Below, piece after piece: positions 1 to 9,330 of a stretch of DNA of 64,000 bases. A program made the position numbers and the translations under genes. The stretch's first letter is position 1. Each line of letters begins with the position of its first letter. Under the pieces are notes generated by a model. It worked only from the letters and a program-made list of their open reading frames with translations. It had not been told where the DNA came from and searched no databases. Source of the DNA: Burkholderiales bacterium (GTDB taxonomy: Bacteria > Pseudomonadota > Gammaproteobacteria > Burkholderiales > SG8-41); the NCBI GenBank assembly GCA_038316355.1, contig JBBQAO010000001.1, positions 23,076 to 87,075 of the forward strand. Direction: 5' to 3'.

Positions 1-669
1 CCACGACTTGCGCGCACCGGTGTTGGGTTTGCGCCGGTAGGTGGCGAGCGCATGGCCATCAACCCAGGCATTCGACAGCGCGTTGACGATTTCATCGCGG
101 CTGCAGCCGATCAGTTGTGATACCGCAGCGGTGGTGGCGATTTTCACCAGGATGGTGTGATCCAGACCGGCGGCGGTGAAACCATTCTCCAGTGCGAGCC
201 CGCCCTGCACTTCATAGGCCTTGATGATTGCGGTCAATACCTCGCGCATGGTCAGCGGCTTCTTGCCCGCGGCAACCCGCGTGCGTGAGAGCCAGTCAGC
301 AGTCATCAGGATCGCGCCGATATTGTCCGAGGGATGGATCACCGTGCGGCCGTAAAACGCATCGTTGAAATCGAGCCAGCGGATCAGCGTGCCGGCATTG
401 AAAGCTGCGGTGACCGGATCCAGCACGTAGCTGGTTCCCGGAACGCGCGCACCATTGGGCACGATGGTGCCCGGCACCACAGGGCCCAGCAGCTTGGTGC
501 AGTCCGGGTAGGCCAGCGCCTCGAACGCGCAGGCGAGGCTGTCAATCAGCGTCAGTCGCGCGGTTTCAAAAGCCAGCTTGCTGGTCGGACGATAAGCATG
601 CGCATAGTTGGCGAGGTCGACGATGACCTTGTCAGATGCGGGACGACGGTTGGTGACAGCAGCAGCCAT
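1..669 (-). CDS. prpD: MmgE/PrpD family protein (2-methylcitrate dehydratase-like), truncated by window edge
   Basis: Not in ORF track. Manual translation from ATG at 669 gives MAAAVTNRRPASDKVIVDLANY...LLGPVVPGTIVPNGARVPGT...IRWLDFND...HPSDN...LATYRRKPNTGARKSW, open to base 1. Confidence 0.8.
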   Translation of the reverse strand, partial: MAAAVTNRRPASDKVIVDLANYAHAYRPTSKLAFETARLTLIDSLACAFEALAYPDCTKLLGPVVPGTIVPNGARVPGTSYVLDPVTAAFNAGTLIRWLDFNDAFYGRTVIHPSDNIGAILMTADWLSRTRVAAGKKPLTMREVLTAIIKAYEVQGGLALENGFTAAGLDHTILVKIATTAAVSQLIGCSRDEIVNALSNAWVDGHALATYRRKPNTGARKSW

Positions 670-784
670 GGTGAAATCCTTTGCCCTGAAAAGACAAGGA
701 TTATAGAGGCCGCCGCAGCCAGGGACTGCGCTGGCGCCAGATCATGGAACTGCAGGCAGGATCAGACTGGAAGTATCAGCAGTG

Positions 785-1588
785 TCAGGCCGCAGCCGTC
801 AGTTCGCGTCGCACCACGTGACTGGTGAGTCGCTGCGTAATGTCGCGGCGCACCTGGTTGAACTCGATGGATGACACATCGCGCGGCCGCGGCAGATCAA
901 TCGCAATATCCGCTTCGATGCGCCCCGGCCCTGCGGTCATCACCACCACACGGTCCGACAACAGCACCGCCTCCTCCACCGAATGCGTGACAAAAATGAT
1001 GGTGACACCCGTGCGCACCCAGATTTCCAGCAGTTCCTGCTGCAGGCTCTCGCGGGTGATGGCATCCAGCGCGCCAAAAGGCTCGTCCATCAGCAATACT
1101 TCACATTCGTTGGCGAGCACACGGGCTATCGCCACCCGCTGCTTCATGCCGCCAGACAATTGCTGCGGGAAACGGTCGGCAAATTTTTCCAGACCAACCA
1201 TGCGCAGATACTCATCGGTAATTTCAGTGACCTGTTTTTTCGCCATGCCTTTCTGGCGCGGACCGAAACTGATGTTGTCGCGAACAGTCATCCACGGAAA
1301 CAGCGCATAGTCCTGGAACACCATGCCGCGGTCGCTGCCCGGTCCCATCACCGGATTGTCATAAAGCGCAACCTGCCCGCCAGTCGGCTTCTCGAAGCCG
1401 GCGATGATGCGCAGCAGCGTCGATTTGCCGCAACCTGAAGCACCGATCAGGCAGACAAACTCACCTTTGTCGATACTCAGATTGACCCGTGCCAGCGCGT
1501 CGATACTGCTGCCGCCAACCTGAAATTTTTTGATCACATCGCGCACCATGAGAAACTGACGGCGCGGTTGGGCTGCGGTCTTATCCAT
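785..1588 (-). CDS. ABC transporter ATP-binding protein (TauB/SsuB/NrtD type)
   Basis: Walker A GASGCGKST, QDYALFPW, LSGGMKQR, Walker B LLMDEPF. Start placed at MDKTAA, overlapping the permease stop. Confidence 0.92.
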   Translation of the reverse strand: MDKTAAQPRRQFLMVRDVIKKFQVGGSSIDALARVNLSIDKGEFVCLIGASGCGKSTLLRIIAGFEKPTGGQVALYDNPVMGPGSDRGMVFQDYALFPWMTVRDNISFGPRQKGMAKKQVTEITDEYLRMVGLEKFADRFPQQLSGGMKQRVAIARVLANECEVLLMDEPFGALDAITRESLQQELLEIWVRTGVTIIFVTHSVEEAVLLSDRVVVMTAGPGRIEADIAIDLPRPRDVSSIEFNQVRRDITQRLTSHVVRRELTAAA

Positions 1589-2423
1589 GATGTTGCGGGC
1601 TCCAGCGCAAGGCCCGGTTGTTGAGGGCCACAATGATGCGGTCGGTCAGAAACCCTGCAATGCCGATGACGATCATCCCGGTAATCACCAGGTCAGTGCG
1701 GGACAGGGTGCGCCCGTCCATGATCACCGACCCCAGGCCGGTCGGCACACCGGTCATTTCGCCCACGACAATCAGGATCCAGGCAAAGCCGTGGGCCAGA
1801 CGCAAACCATTGAAGATGCTCGGCGTGGCCGCCGGCAGCACGATCTGGCGAAACATGCGCGAACCGTCGCAGCCGAGCATGGCGGCGGCCTCAAACAAAC
1901 GGGGGTCGACCGAGCGCACACCAAAAATCGTATTAAGCAGAATGGGGTAGAACGCACCCAGAAACACCAGAAAAATCGCGGAGCGCGGGCCGAGACCGAA
2001 AAAAATCATCGACAGCGGCAGCCAGGCGGTGACGGGGATCGGCCGCAGCAAAGACAGGGTCGGATCCAGCATCTGACGGATCAGCGGCACCTTGCCGATC
2101 AACAGGCCCAATGGCACGCCGATCACGATGGCGAGGAGGAACCCACCATAAACCCGCTGCATCGAGGCCAGCAGATGGGTGCCTATGGTGGCGCTGAAGG
2201 CATCATCGTGTATGCCACCGAATATGAAGTCCCACATCATCACGCCGACCTGATAGGGCGCAGGCACCAGGCGCGTGCCTGTCATCACCACCAGATAGTG
2301 CCAGAGCACGACCAGCGCCAGCGGGAACACGACCGCCAGCAGCACGGCCCGCGCCCGCTCCGGCAGCCAGAGACGGGAGGGCGGCGCAGTGGCCGCCGGT
2401 ATTTCCGTGGGAACGGCGGACAT
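1581..2423 (-). CDS. ABC transporter permease (TauC/SsuC type)
   Basis: Hydrophobic helices, LRPIP motif, EAA loop (EAAAMLG), GLG motif. Confidence 0.92.
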   Translation of the reverse strand: MSAVPTEIPAATAPPSRLWLPERARAVLLAVVFPLALVVLWHYLVVMTGTRLVPAPYQVGVMMWDFIFGGIHDDAFSATIGTHLLASMQRVYGGFLLAIVIGVPLGLLIGKVPLIRQMLDPTLSLLRPIPVTAWLPLSMIFFGLGPRSAIFLVFLGAFYPILLNTIFGVRSVDPRLFEAAAMLGCDGSRMFRQIVLPAATPSIFNGLRLAHGFAWILIVVGEMTGVPTGLGSVIMDGRTLSRTDLVITGMIVIGIAGFLTDRIIVALNNRALRWSPQHHG

Positions 2424-2444
2424 CAGCGTAGCCTCATCAACAGC

Positions 2445-3416
2445 TTACTTTTTTACGGCGACAGCAGCCGGCATGAATTTAGCATTGATGAATTTGTCGA
2501 AATCCGGCAGTTCACGAATCTGCTTTTTCTCGAGCATCAACTGGCCATAAGCTTTGGCGCGGGTGACGAAGACGTCATCAATCTGCCAAGTCAATTGCAC
2601 GTTGGGGAGCGCGAGTTCGATCGATTTTTGCTGCTGACCGAGTTTCTGCATGGTCATCTTCACCATCTCGCTCCGGTTGGTCAGCGCGAATTCGGTCGCC
2701 TTGCGATGCATCTCCATCATGACTTTCACCAACTCCGGATTTTTGTCGATCAACTCCTGACGCGTGGCCCACACCATGTTGAGCGATCCGATCGGCGTGC
2801 TGTAGGGATACTCCACAATCTTGCCGGTGCCGTTGGCGAGGCTGATGCCGGGACCAGGCTCGGCGCCGACGTAGGCATCTATGTCGCCGCGCGCGAGGGC
2901 CGGCGCCATGTCGGAAAACGGCAAACGGATCGGCTGGATGTCCTTGATCGTCATGCCTTCGGCTTTAAGGCGTTCCAGAATCACCACTTCCTGGGTTGAA
3001 CCGGGCCAGATCGCGACTTTCTTGCCCTTCAGTGCCTTGACGTTCGCGATATCGGATTTGGCCCCGGCGACAATCGCCATGCCGGCATTGCATTGCGGCG
3101 CGATGACCACCACCGGTTCGCCGGCGGCGGCGCCGAGCATCGCGGCCGCGATGCCGAAGGTACCGAAATCGACCGTGCCGGTAACCACGGCATTCTTGCC
3201 GTCAGTCGGGCTTTCGAAGGGGATCACTTCGATCTTGTAACCGGGCGGTGCGAACTGCTGGTAAAAATACGGCGTGATGGCATGAATCAACTTCAGGGTG
3301 CCGACCTTGATGACCTTCTGTTCCTGGGCCTGCGTTGCAGCCGGCAGCAGCATCACGGCAACGAATGCGACGAGCACGCTGAGCGTTGACAACAGTTTTT
3401 GCGGCATGGTTGGCAT
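2445..3416 (-). CDS. ABC transporter substrate-binding protein (SsuA/TauA/NMT1-like)
   Basis: Signal peptide, LKGKKVA, ALARGDIDA. AGGAG RBS upstream of ATG at 3416. Confidence 0.88.
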   Translation of the reverse strand: MPTMPQKLLSTLSVLVAFVAVMLLPAATQAQEQKVIKVGTLKLIHAITPYFYQQFAPPGYKIEVIPFESPTDGKNAVVTGTVDFGTFGIAAAMLGAAAGEPVVVIAPQCNAGMAIVAGAKSDIANVKALKGKKVAIWPGSTQEVVILERLKAEGMTIKDIQPIRLPFSDMAPALARGDIDAYVGAEPGPGISLANGTGKIVEYPYSTPIGSLNMVWATRQELIDKNPELVKVMMEMHRKATEFALTNRSEMVKMTMQKLGQQQKSIELALPNVQLTWQIDDVFVTRAKAYGQLMLEKKQIRELPDFDKFINAKFMPAAVAVKK

Positions 3417-3481
3417 GACTGCTCCTGTACGGGATTGCCGGTTGATGCAACGCACCGGCACGATGCCAGCAATATTGTTTT

Positions 3482-3497
3482 AGCAATCACCGTGCCA
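3482..3497 (-). promoter_or_regulatory. sigma54 (-24/-12) promoter for the ABC transporter operon
   Basis: Minus strand reads TGGCACG-GTGA-TTGCT, matching TGGCACG-N4-TTGCW, about 65 bp upstream of the binding-protein start. Confidence 0.85.
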
Positions 3498-3580
3498 TGA
3501 CAAATTCTGTTAGGAAACAACGGGCTGACGGCGCCGACCCGTCTGCAACCGCCCCGCGATAGCGCGGGAAATCGCTTGCG

Positions 3581-3595
3581 GCACTGTTTATGTGC
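3581..3595. promoter_or_regulatory. candidate NtrC-type enhancer site
   Basis: GCAC-TGTTTAT-GTGC (GCAC-N7-GTGC core), about 85-100 bp upstream of the sigma54 promoter. Confidence 0.55.
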
Positions 3596-3600
3596 GCCAA

Positions 3601-4425
3601 TTACGCGGCGGCGAGTTCGCGCACCAGCGCGGTCAGTTGGCCTGCGGGCCGCGCCAGTTCTTCGAGGATGGTGAAATGATTGAGGTGCGGCAAACGCACC
3701 AGGCGTCCGGGCAGGCCGGCCAGCACGCGCGCGGCGGCGCAGTCCGCGGACTGGCGCTGCAATTCAGGCAGCTCGCCTCCGCCACAGGCAAGAATCAGCG
3801 GCGCCGAACGCGCGGGCAGATTGAACAGCGGGCTCAAGCGGCGCGCTTCCGCCGTATCGAGGCCAAGCTTCGCATTAAGGTAATTCAGCCGCACCGGCTC
3901 CAGATCGAAAATGCCGCTGATGGCGAGGCCCGCCCTGATCACCGGCGCATCGAGCATCAGCGCCGCGAGATGGCCGCCTGCAGACCAGCCTGAAACCAGA
4001 ATGCGCTGTGGATCTCCCCCGTAATCCGCCGCGTGCCGCGCCAGCCAGTTCAGGGCGCTGCGTATTTCGTCGACAATGCCCGCCAGTGATTTCTCCGGCG
4101 CGAGGGTATAGCCGGCCATTGCGACATGTATCCCGTGCGCCAGGGGGCCTTCCGCCAAAAAGCTGAACGTCTCCTTGCGCCGCATCTGCCAGTAACCGCC
4201 ATGGATGAATACCAACAATGGCCCCGGCGCGGACGCAGCAAAATAATCGATGCGATTGCGCTCAGCGGTGCCGTAGCGCAGATCAAGATGCTCTGGCCGT
4301 GCTGCACGCAAACGCGCGCTACGCGCCTCAAAGTCGGCGAGCAACTCGCCACTATTCGCGACCGCCGCTGAATTGTCATACGCAGCGTCCAGCGCCGAGC
4401 GATCCATGTCGCGATACAGGCTCAT
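3601..4425 (-). CDS. alpha/beta hydrolase (arylformamidase/esterase-like)
   Basis: HGGYW oxyanion motif, GWSAG nucleophile elbow, NHF catalytic His. Confidence 0.85.
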   Translation of the reverse strand: MSLYRDMDRSALDAAYDNSAAVANSGELLADFEARSARLRAARPEHLDLRYGTAERNRIDYFAASAPGPLLVFIHGGYWQMRRKETFSFLAEGPLAHGIHVAMAGYTLAPEKSLAGIVDEIRSALNWLARHAADYGGDPQRILVSGWSAGGHLAALMLDAPVIRAGLAISGIFDLEPVRLNYLNAKLGLDTAEARRLSPLFNLPARSAPLILACGGGELPELQRQSADCAAARVLAGLPGRLVRLPHLNHFTILEELARPAGQLTALVRELAAA

Positions 4426-4498
4426 CGCACGATGAGGCAAAAACCCATTGGTCTCGCCAATTTACAAGTAATTGATTTTAAAGAAATAATTATTACGG

Positions 4499-5485
4499 TC
4501 ATTCGGCCTTGATGCCTGCGGCCCTGACCAGCCCGCCCCACTTCACCGCCTCGGCCTTCAGGTACTGCGTGAATTCAGCCGGGGTGTCGCCCACGGGCTC
4601 GAGACCAGCGCGCGCCATGCGGTCAGCGATCGCCGGTTCCCCCAGTGTCGCCACGATGTCCTTGTGCAATCGTTCAATCACCGCGCGTGGCGTGCCGCGC
4701 GGCGCCACCACGCCGTTCCAGTTGTTCGCCTCATAACCTTTCACTCCCGCCTCGGCAATCGTCGGCATTTCCGGGAACAGCGGTGAACGTCTGGTTTTGC
4801 CGACACCCAGGCCCCGCAGTTTGCCGGCGCGAATATGCGGCTGCGCGGTGGTGAGATTGGCCATCATCATGTTCAGACGACCGGCCACCAGATCAGCCAC
4901 CGCGGGCGCGCCACCTTTGTATGGCACATGCAGCGCCTCCACACCGGCCATGCTGGTGAACAGCGCCATCGCGAGATGACCCGCGCCGCCGACACCACTG
5001 GAGCCGTAGTTGTATTTGCCGGGGCTGGCTTTAAGTACCGTAATCAATTCCTTGACCGAAGTCGCCGGCATCGACGGATGCACCACCAGCAGATTGCTGG
5101 AACCGGCGATATTGGTGATCGCGACAAAGTCGCGGTCAAGCACGTACGGCACCTTGGCATACAGCGACGGATTCACCGCCAGCGGCGGGGTCGCCATCAG
5201 CAGGATATGGCCGTCGGGGGTTGCGTCCTTGACGATCTCGGTGCCGATGATGGTGCCGGCGCCGGTGCGGTTGTCGATCACCACTGGCTGGCCAAGGCGC
5301 TCGGAGAGGCGGGCGCCAGTGATGCGGGCCACGGTGTCAGTCGAACCGCCGGCGGAATACGGCACCACCAGACGCACGGGGCGTTGCGGAAAAGCAGTGG
5401 GGGACTGCGCGGAAAAAGCGGGGATGGCAGGAATCGCGGAAAACGCGATGGCCAATACCGGGAAAAAATTGCGCGTAATGTTCAT
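4499..5485 (-). CDS. Bug/TctC tripartite tricarboxylate transporter substrate-binding protein
   Basis: VPYSAGGSTD, PDGHILL, YGSSGVG, HVPYKGG. Confidence 0.92.
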   Translation of the reverse strand: MNITRNFFPVLAIAFSAIPAIPAFSAQSPTAFPQRPVRLVVPYSAGGSTDTVARITGARLSERLGQPVVIDNRTGAGTIIGTEIVKDATPDGHILLMATPPLAVNPSLYAKVPYVLDRDFVAITNIAGSSNLLVVHPSMPATSVKELITVLKASPGKYNYGSSGVGGAGHLAMALFTSMAGVEALHVPYKGGAPAVADLVAGRLNMMMANLTTAQPHIRAGKLRGLGVGKTRRSPLFPEMPTIAEAGVKGYEANNWNGVVAPRGTPRAVIERLHKDIVATLGEPAIADRMARAGLEPVGDTPAEFTQYLKAEAVKWGGLVRAAGIKAE

Positions 5486-5586
5486 GATGCACCTTACTGA
5501 CAAATTGCCGATTGTCCTTCGGGATTTCGGTTTTTTACCGGGAATTTTGCTGGAAATTTTTCTGGAAAGATTCGGGGCGACTGCAG

Positions 5587-6213
5587 CTATTCGCCGGCGG
5601 CACCGCCGCCATACGGAATGCGCGGCATCTCGAAACGGTCAGTGACACGCGTATACCCGCCCTTGCCCGCCAGGCGGCCGATCGGGTTGATCTGACCGAC
5701 GTCGACATGGAAACGTTCGTTGACGATGCCGTCGTGGTAATGGAAATAAACCACTTCACCGAATACCACGTGATAGGGCTTGCGACCCATATCGACGATC
5801 TGCATCAGCCGGCATTCCATCGCCACCGGTGCTTCGGCAATTCGCGGCGGCCGCACGCGACTCGAAGGCACCGCGGTTAATCCGGCCTTTTCGATTTCGT
5901 TGACTTCAGGCGGGTAATCGACGGCACAGATGTTCATCTTGTCCTTGATTGAATCGCTGACGATGTGCACGACGAATTCCGGAATCTCGCGAATATTGCG
6001 CACCGTATCCTTGGCGCCGCTGGATTTTTCGCCAACGGAGAACATCAGCATCGCCGGGTCGGATCCGATCGCGTTGAAAAAACTGAAGGGCGCGGCATTG
6101 GGCCCGTTACGACCCAGCGTGGTCACCAGCGCGATCGGACGCGGGGTCACGGTGCCGATCATCAGCTTGTACTGATCCTGCCAGGAGAGTTTGCTTGCGT
6201 CGAATTCGGCCAT
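5587..6213 (-). CDS. flavin reductase-like family protein
   Basis: PRPIALVTT, NAAPFSFFN, KDTVRNI, GRLAG. Confidence 0.88.
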   Translation of the reverse strand: MAEFDASKLSWQDQYKLMIGTVTPRPIALVTTLGRNGPNAAPFSFFNAIGSDPAMLMFSVGEKSSGAKDTVRNIREIPEFVVHIVSDSIKDKMNICAVDYPPEVNEIEKAGLTAVPSSRVRPPRIAEAPVAMECRLMQIVDMGRKPYHVVFGEVVYFHYHDGIVNERFHVDVGQINPIGRLAGKGGYTRVTDRFEMPRIPYGGGAAGE

Positions 6214-6298
6214 GATTCATTCAGCAACAGGGTGGGATGCCGGCGATTCTAACAGGGCATCACGCCGGCAACGCCCGGTTCCACATCATGCGCTGCAT

Positions 6299-6328
6299 GA
6301 AAAAACGCCCGCAAAGGGCGGGCGTTCT
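6299..6328 (-). terminator. rho-independent terminator after Bug gene
   Basis: AACGCCCGC-aaagg-GCGGGCGTT hairpin with an A-run on the + strand (U-tract on the - strand). Confidence 0.75.
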
Positions 6329-6373
6329 GCAAAAGGAGCCGGCACGCGCTGCTGCGCATGCCGCAGGACAGTC

Positions 6374-7348
6374 TCAGTCGCCAACCACGTTGGCGGCCTT
6401 GATCACCTTGGCGTATTTCGCAACCTCACGCTTGAAGTAGGCCGCCAGTTCTTCCGGGGTGCTGCCCACCGGCTCGCCGCCTTCCTTGCGGATGAAGTCG
6501 TTGACGTCCGGAGACTTCAGCGCCTTGATGATCTCGGCATTGAGTTTGACAACAATATCCTTCGGCGTGCCTTTCGGGAAAAACATTGCATACCAGTTGT
6601 CCGCCTCGAAATCCGGGTGGATCGTGTTCATGGTCGGCAGGTCGGGAAACGTCGATGACCGCTTGGCAGTAGTCACCGCCAGCGGCCGGACCTTGCCCGA
6701 CTTGATGAAGGGCTGGGCCGCCAGTGCAGTGGCAAACGTGAAATCCGTTTCGCCGCTGATCTGGGCCACGATAGCAGGACCACCGCCTTTATACGGTATC
6801 GGCGTCACCTTGGTTCCGGCAAACAGATTGAGCATCTCGACCGACAGATGGCTGGTGGTGCCGGAGCCGTTGTGCGCGGCGTTCATCTTGCCGCTCTTCT
6901 TGGCCAACGCGATCAGTTCCTTGAGGTTTTTGGCCGGGACACTGGGATGCACAACCAGCACCAGCGGCACCGAGGATATCCAACTCACTGGCACCAGATC
7001 GGTGACCGGATTAAAGTTGAGGCGTTTGCTCAGCAGCGTGACGTTGACGGCCAATGAGGCCGTCGTAAACAGGATGGTGTAGCCATCAGGCGGAGACTTG
7101 GTGACCAACTCGGCGCCGATCAGGCCTGCGCCGCCGGCCCGGTTGTCCACCAGGAAGTTCTGGCCCATGCTCTGCTGGAATTTCTGGGCGAGCAGGCGAC
7201 CCTGGATGTCGGTGCCGCCACCGGCACCAAAGGGTACGATGATGCGCACCGCCTTGGTCGGCCATTGCTGGGCCACGGCCGGAACACACCAGGCCATGGA
7301 TACGGCGGCGAGTACAGCGCCGGCAATCTGCAACTTTTTCTGTTTCAT
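6374..7348 (-). CDS. Bug/TctC tripartite tricarboxylate transporter substrate-binding protein
   Basis: VPFGAGGGTD, PDGYTIL, IPYKGGGPA; signal peptide; GGAGG RBS. Confidence 0.93.
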   Translation of the reverse strand: MKQKKLQIAGAVLAAVSMAWCVPAVAQQWPTKAVRIIVPFGAGGGTDIQGRLLAQKFQQSMGQNFLVDNRAGGAGLIGAELVTKSPPDGYTILFTTASLAVNVTLLSKRLNFNPVTDLVPVSWISSVPLVLVVHPSVPAKNLKELIALAKKSGKMNAAHNGSGTTSHLSVEMLNLFAGTKVTPIPYKGGGPAIVAQISGETDFTFATALAAQPFIKSGKVRPLAVTTAKRSSTFPDLPTMNTIHPDFEADNWYAMFFPKGTPKDIVVKLNAEIIKALKSPDVNDFIRKEGGEPVGSTPEELAAYFKREVAKYAKVIKAANVVGD

Positions 7349-7393
7349 TGAAACCTCCTGTTTTGCTGCTTTTAAAATGGAACCGCGCGGGTT

Positions 7394-8317
7394 TTAGCCC
7401 CGGTAAATCGGCTCCGGCTGAGTAAAAAACGAATGCAGAATGTGGTACACCGTGCGGTAATTGATCTGCTGGAAGCTGGCGTGCGAAATCCCCGGCATCA
7501 CCGCAAACTGCTTGTCGGGATTGGGCAGGCGGTTGAAGAAATCAAGCAGGTCTTCCATGCTGGCAATGCCGTCCCACTGACCGCGCATGACGACGGTTGC
7601 CGCGGTGATTTTCGCCGGGTCAACCACCGGCAGTTTCGCGCACATGTCGAGGTAGGTGCCGGTGGGCACCGAATCGTCAAGCGCAAGCACAGCGTCAGCA
7701 AAGGCTTCGATCACTTTCGCCTCGGCGCAGCCGGGATGGTCGCGGGTGAAAATCGAATGCATGAAGGCACGATCGATCGGACGGCGCTTCTGTGATTTCC
7801 ACTGATCGAGTTTTTTCGCGCGTTCTTCCAGCGTCGGACTGCCCTTGCCGGTCCAGACGAAAGCATCCAGTGCCAGGCGTGATACACGGTCGGGATGGCG
7901 TTCAGCGAACATCGCGGCGCGCAGCGCGCCGGAGGATATGCCGTAGACCAGGAATTTTTTCGCGTCCGAGGTCTTGATGATGTAATCGCTGGCGGCGGCC
8001 AGATCATCAGCGCCATTGGCGATGTCGAAATAAATGTCGCGCGATTTGTCGGAGCGGCCGTAGCCTTCCATGTCCACGCACCAGGTGTTGAAACCACGCT
8101 CGGCGAACCAGTCCATCACCGACGAATCCGGGCGTCCGGGCACCTCCAGGTCAAAGGTCGGCTGGGACGCCATCGACGAGCCATGCACGAACAGCACCGT
8201 GCCGTTTTTACCCTTGCCGTCGGTCGCCTGTTTTTCCCAAAGGAAAAGTTTGACATCGCCCTTGCGGGTCCAGTGCTCCTTGCCTTTGATGGCTGTGCCT
8301 GCCGTGTTCTGATCCAT
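7394..8317 (-). CDS. alpha/beta fold hydrolase
   Basis: FVHGSS, DMEGYGRS, GISSG elbow, C-terminal His (ISH). Start trimmed to MDQNT. Confidence 0.85.
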   Translation of the reverse strand: MDQNTAGTAIKGKEHWTRKGDVKLFLWEKQATDGKGKNGTVLFVHGSSMASQPTFDLEVPGRPDSSVMDWFAERGFNTWCVDMEGYGRSDKSRDIYFDIANGADDLAAASDYIIKTSDAKKFLVYGISSGALRAAMFAERHPDRVSRLALDAFVWTGKGSPTLEERAKKLDQWKSQKRRPIDRAFMHSIFTRDHPGCAEAKVIEAFADAVLALDDSVPTGTYLDMCAKLPVVDPAKITAATVVMRGQWDGIASMEDLLDFFNRLPNPDKQFAVMPGISHASFQQINYRTVYHILHSFFTQPEPIYRG

Positions 8318-8478
8318 GGGTTTCCGGAGAATGGTGATGCTGACTGTCGGGGAAGGGAATGGAAGTCTAGGATACGGAACCGCCCCAGTCAAACCCCGGG
8401 AACGCCCTATATAATCATTGTAATCATTGACCAAATACGCCGCAGTTCGTCCACGACACTCACGCAATACGCTTATCC

Positions 8479-9276
8479 ATGACCACCAACTACTCAACCC
8501 AATTCCGCAGCATCAAGGACGAAGTCAGCACCGAGGAATGGGAAACACGGGTCAACCTCGCCGCCTGTTACCGGCTGACCGACAGTTTCGGCATGACCGA
8601 TCTGATCTACAACCACATCACCGCGCGGATCCCGGGGGATGACGAACACCTGCTGATCAACCTCTACGGCCTGCTCTACAAGGAAATCACCGCATCGAGC
8701 CTGGTCAAGATCGACCTCGAGGGCAACATCCTGTGGAAACCCGAAACCGATTACGGCATCAACAAATCCGGTTATGTGATCCACGGCGCCATCCACCGCG
8801 CGCGACCCGAATTGAAATGCGTGATACACACCCACACCCGCGCCGGCATGGCCGTGTGTTCGATGCAATGCGGCCTGCTGCCGATGACGCAGACCTCGAT
8901 GCGTTTTGTCGGGCATCTGGGTTATCACGATTACGAAGGACCAGCAGTGGATCTCGCCGAACGCGAGCGACTGGTGCGCGACCTCGGGCCACACGATGCG
9001 ATGCTGCTGCGCAACCACGGACTGCTGACCTGCGGTGCGACCATCCAGCAGGCCTTCAACACCATGTACCAGCTTGAGACGTCCTGCCGTTCGCAGGTCG
9101 ACGCGATGGCCGGCGGCCAGCAAATCGTGCTGCCGCCGCAGGAAGTCATAGCCCATACCGCAAACCTCTATCAACCTGGCACGCGCCGCCCGTACGGCGT
9201 GCTGGAGTGGCATGCGATGCTGCGCCTGCTCGACGCGGAAGGAAAAAATTCCGGTTACCCGCCGTACTGGCACTGA
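8479..9276 (+). CDS. class II aldolase/adducin family protein
   Basis: NHITAR, IHGAIH, HTHT and LRNHG metal-binding motifs. Confidence 0.92.
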   Translation: MTTNYSTQFRSIKDEVSTEEWETRVNLAACYRLTDSFGMTDLIYNHITARIPGDDEHLLINLYGLLYKEITASSLVKIDLEGNILWKPETDYGINKSGYVIHGAIHRARPELKCVIHTHTRAGMAVCSMQCGLLPMTQTSMRFVGHLGYHDYEGPAVDLAERERLVRDLGPHDAMLLRNHGLLTCGATIQQAFNTMYQLETSCRSQVDAMAGGQQIVLPPQEVIAHTANLYQPGTRRPYGVLEWHAMLRLLDAEGKNSGYPPYWH

Positions 9277-9330
9277 ACCGCCGCCCGATTACCAGTCACC
9301 AATTACCAATTACCCGGTTACAAATTCATC

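Noticed and set aside
1587-2999. Long antisense ORFs (also 13837-15081, 38061-39455, 39098-40942, 56502-57602 and many others)
   Set aside because: Shadow ORFs opposite well-supported genes, as expected from high-GC codon bias.
9287-9320. Degenerate heptamer repeats (TTACCAG/TCACCAA/TTACCAA)
   Set aside because: Short low-complexity intergenic repeat with no further support.
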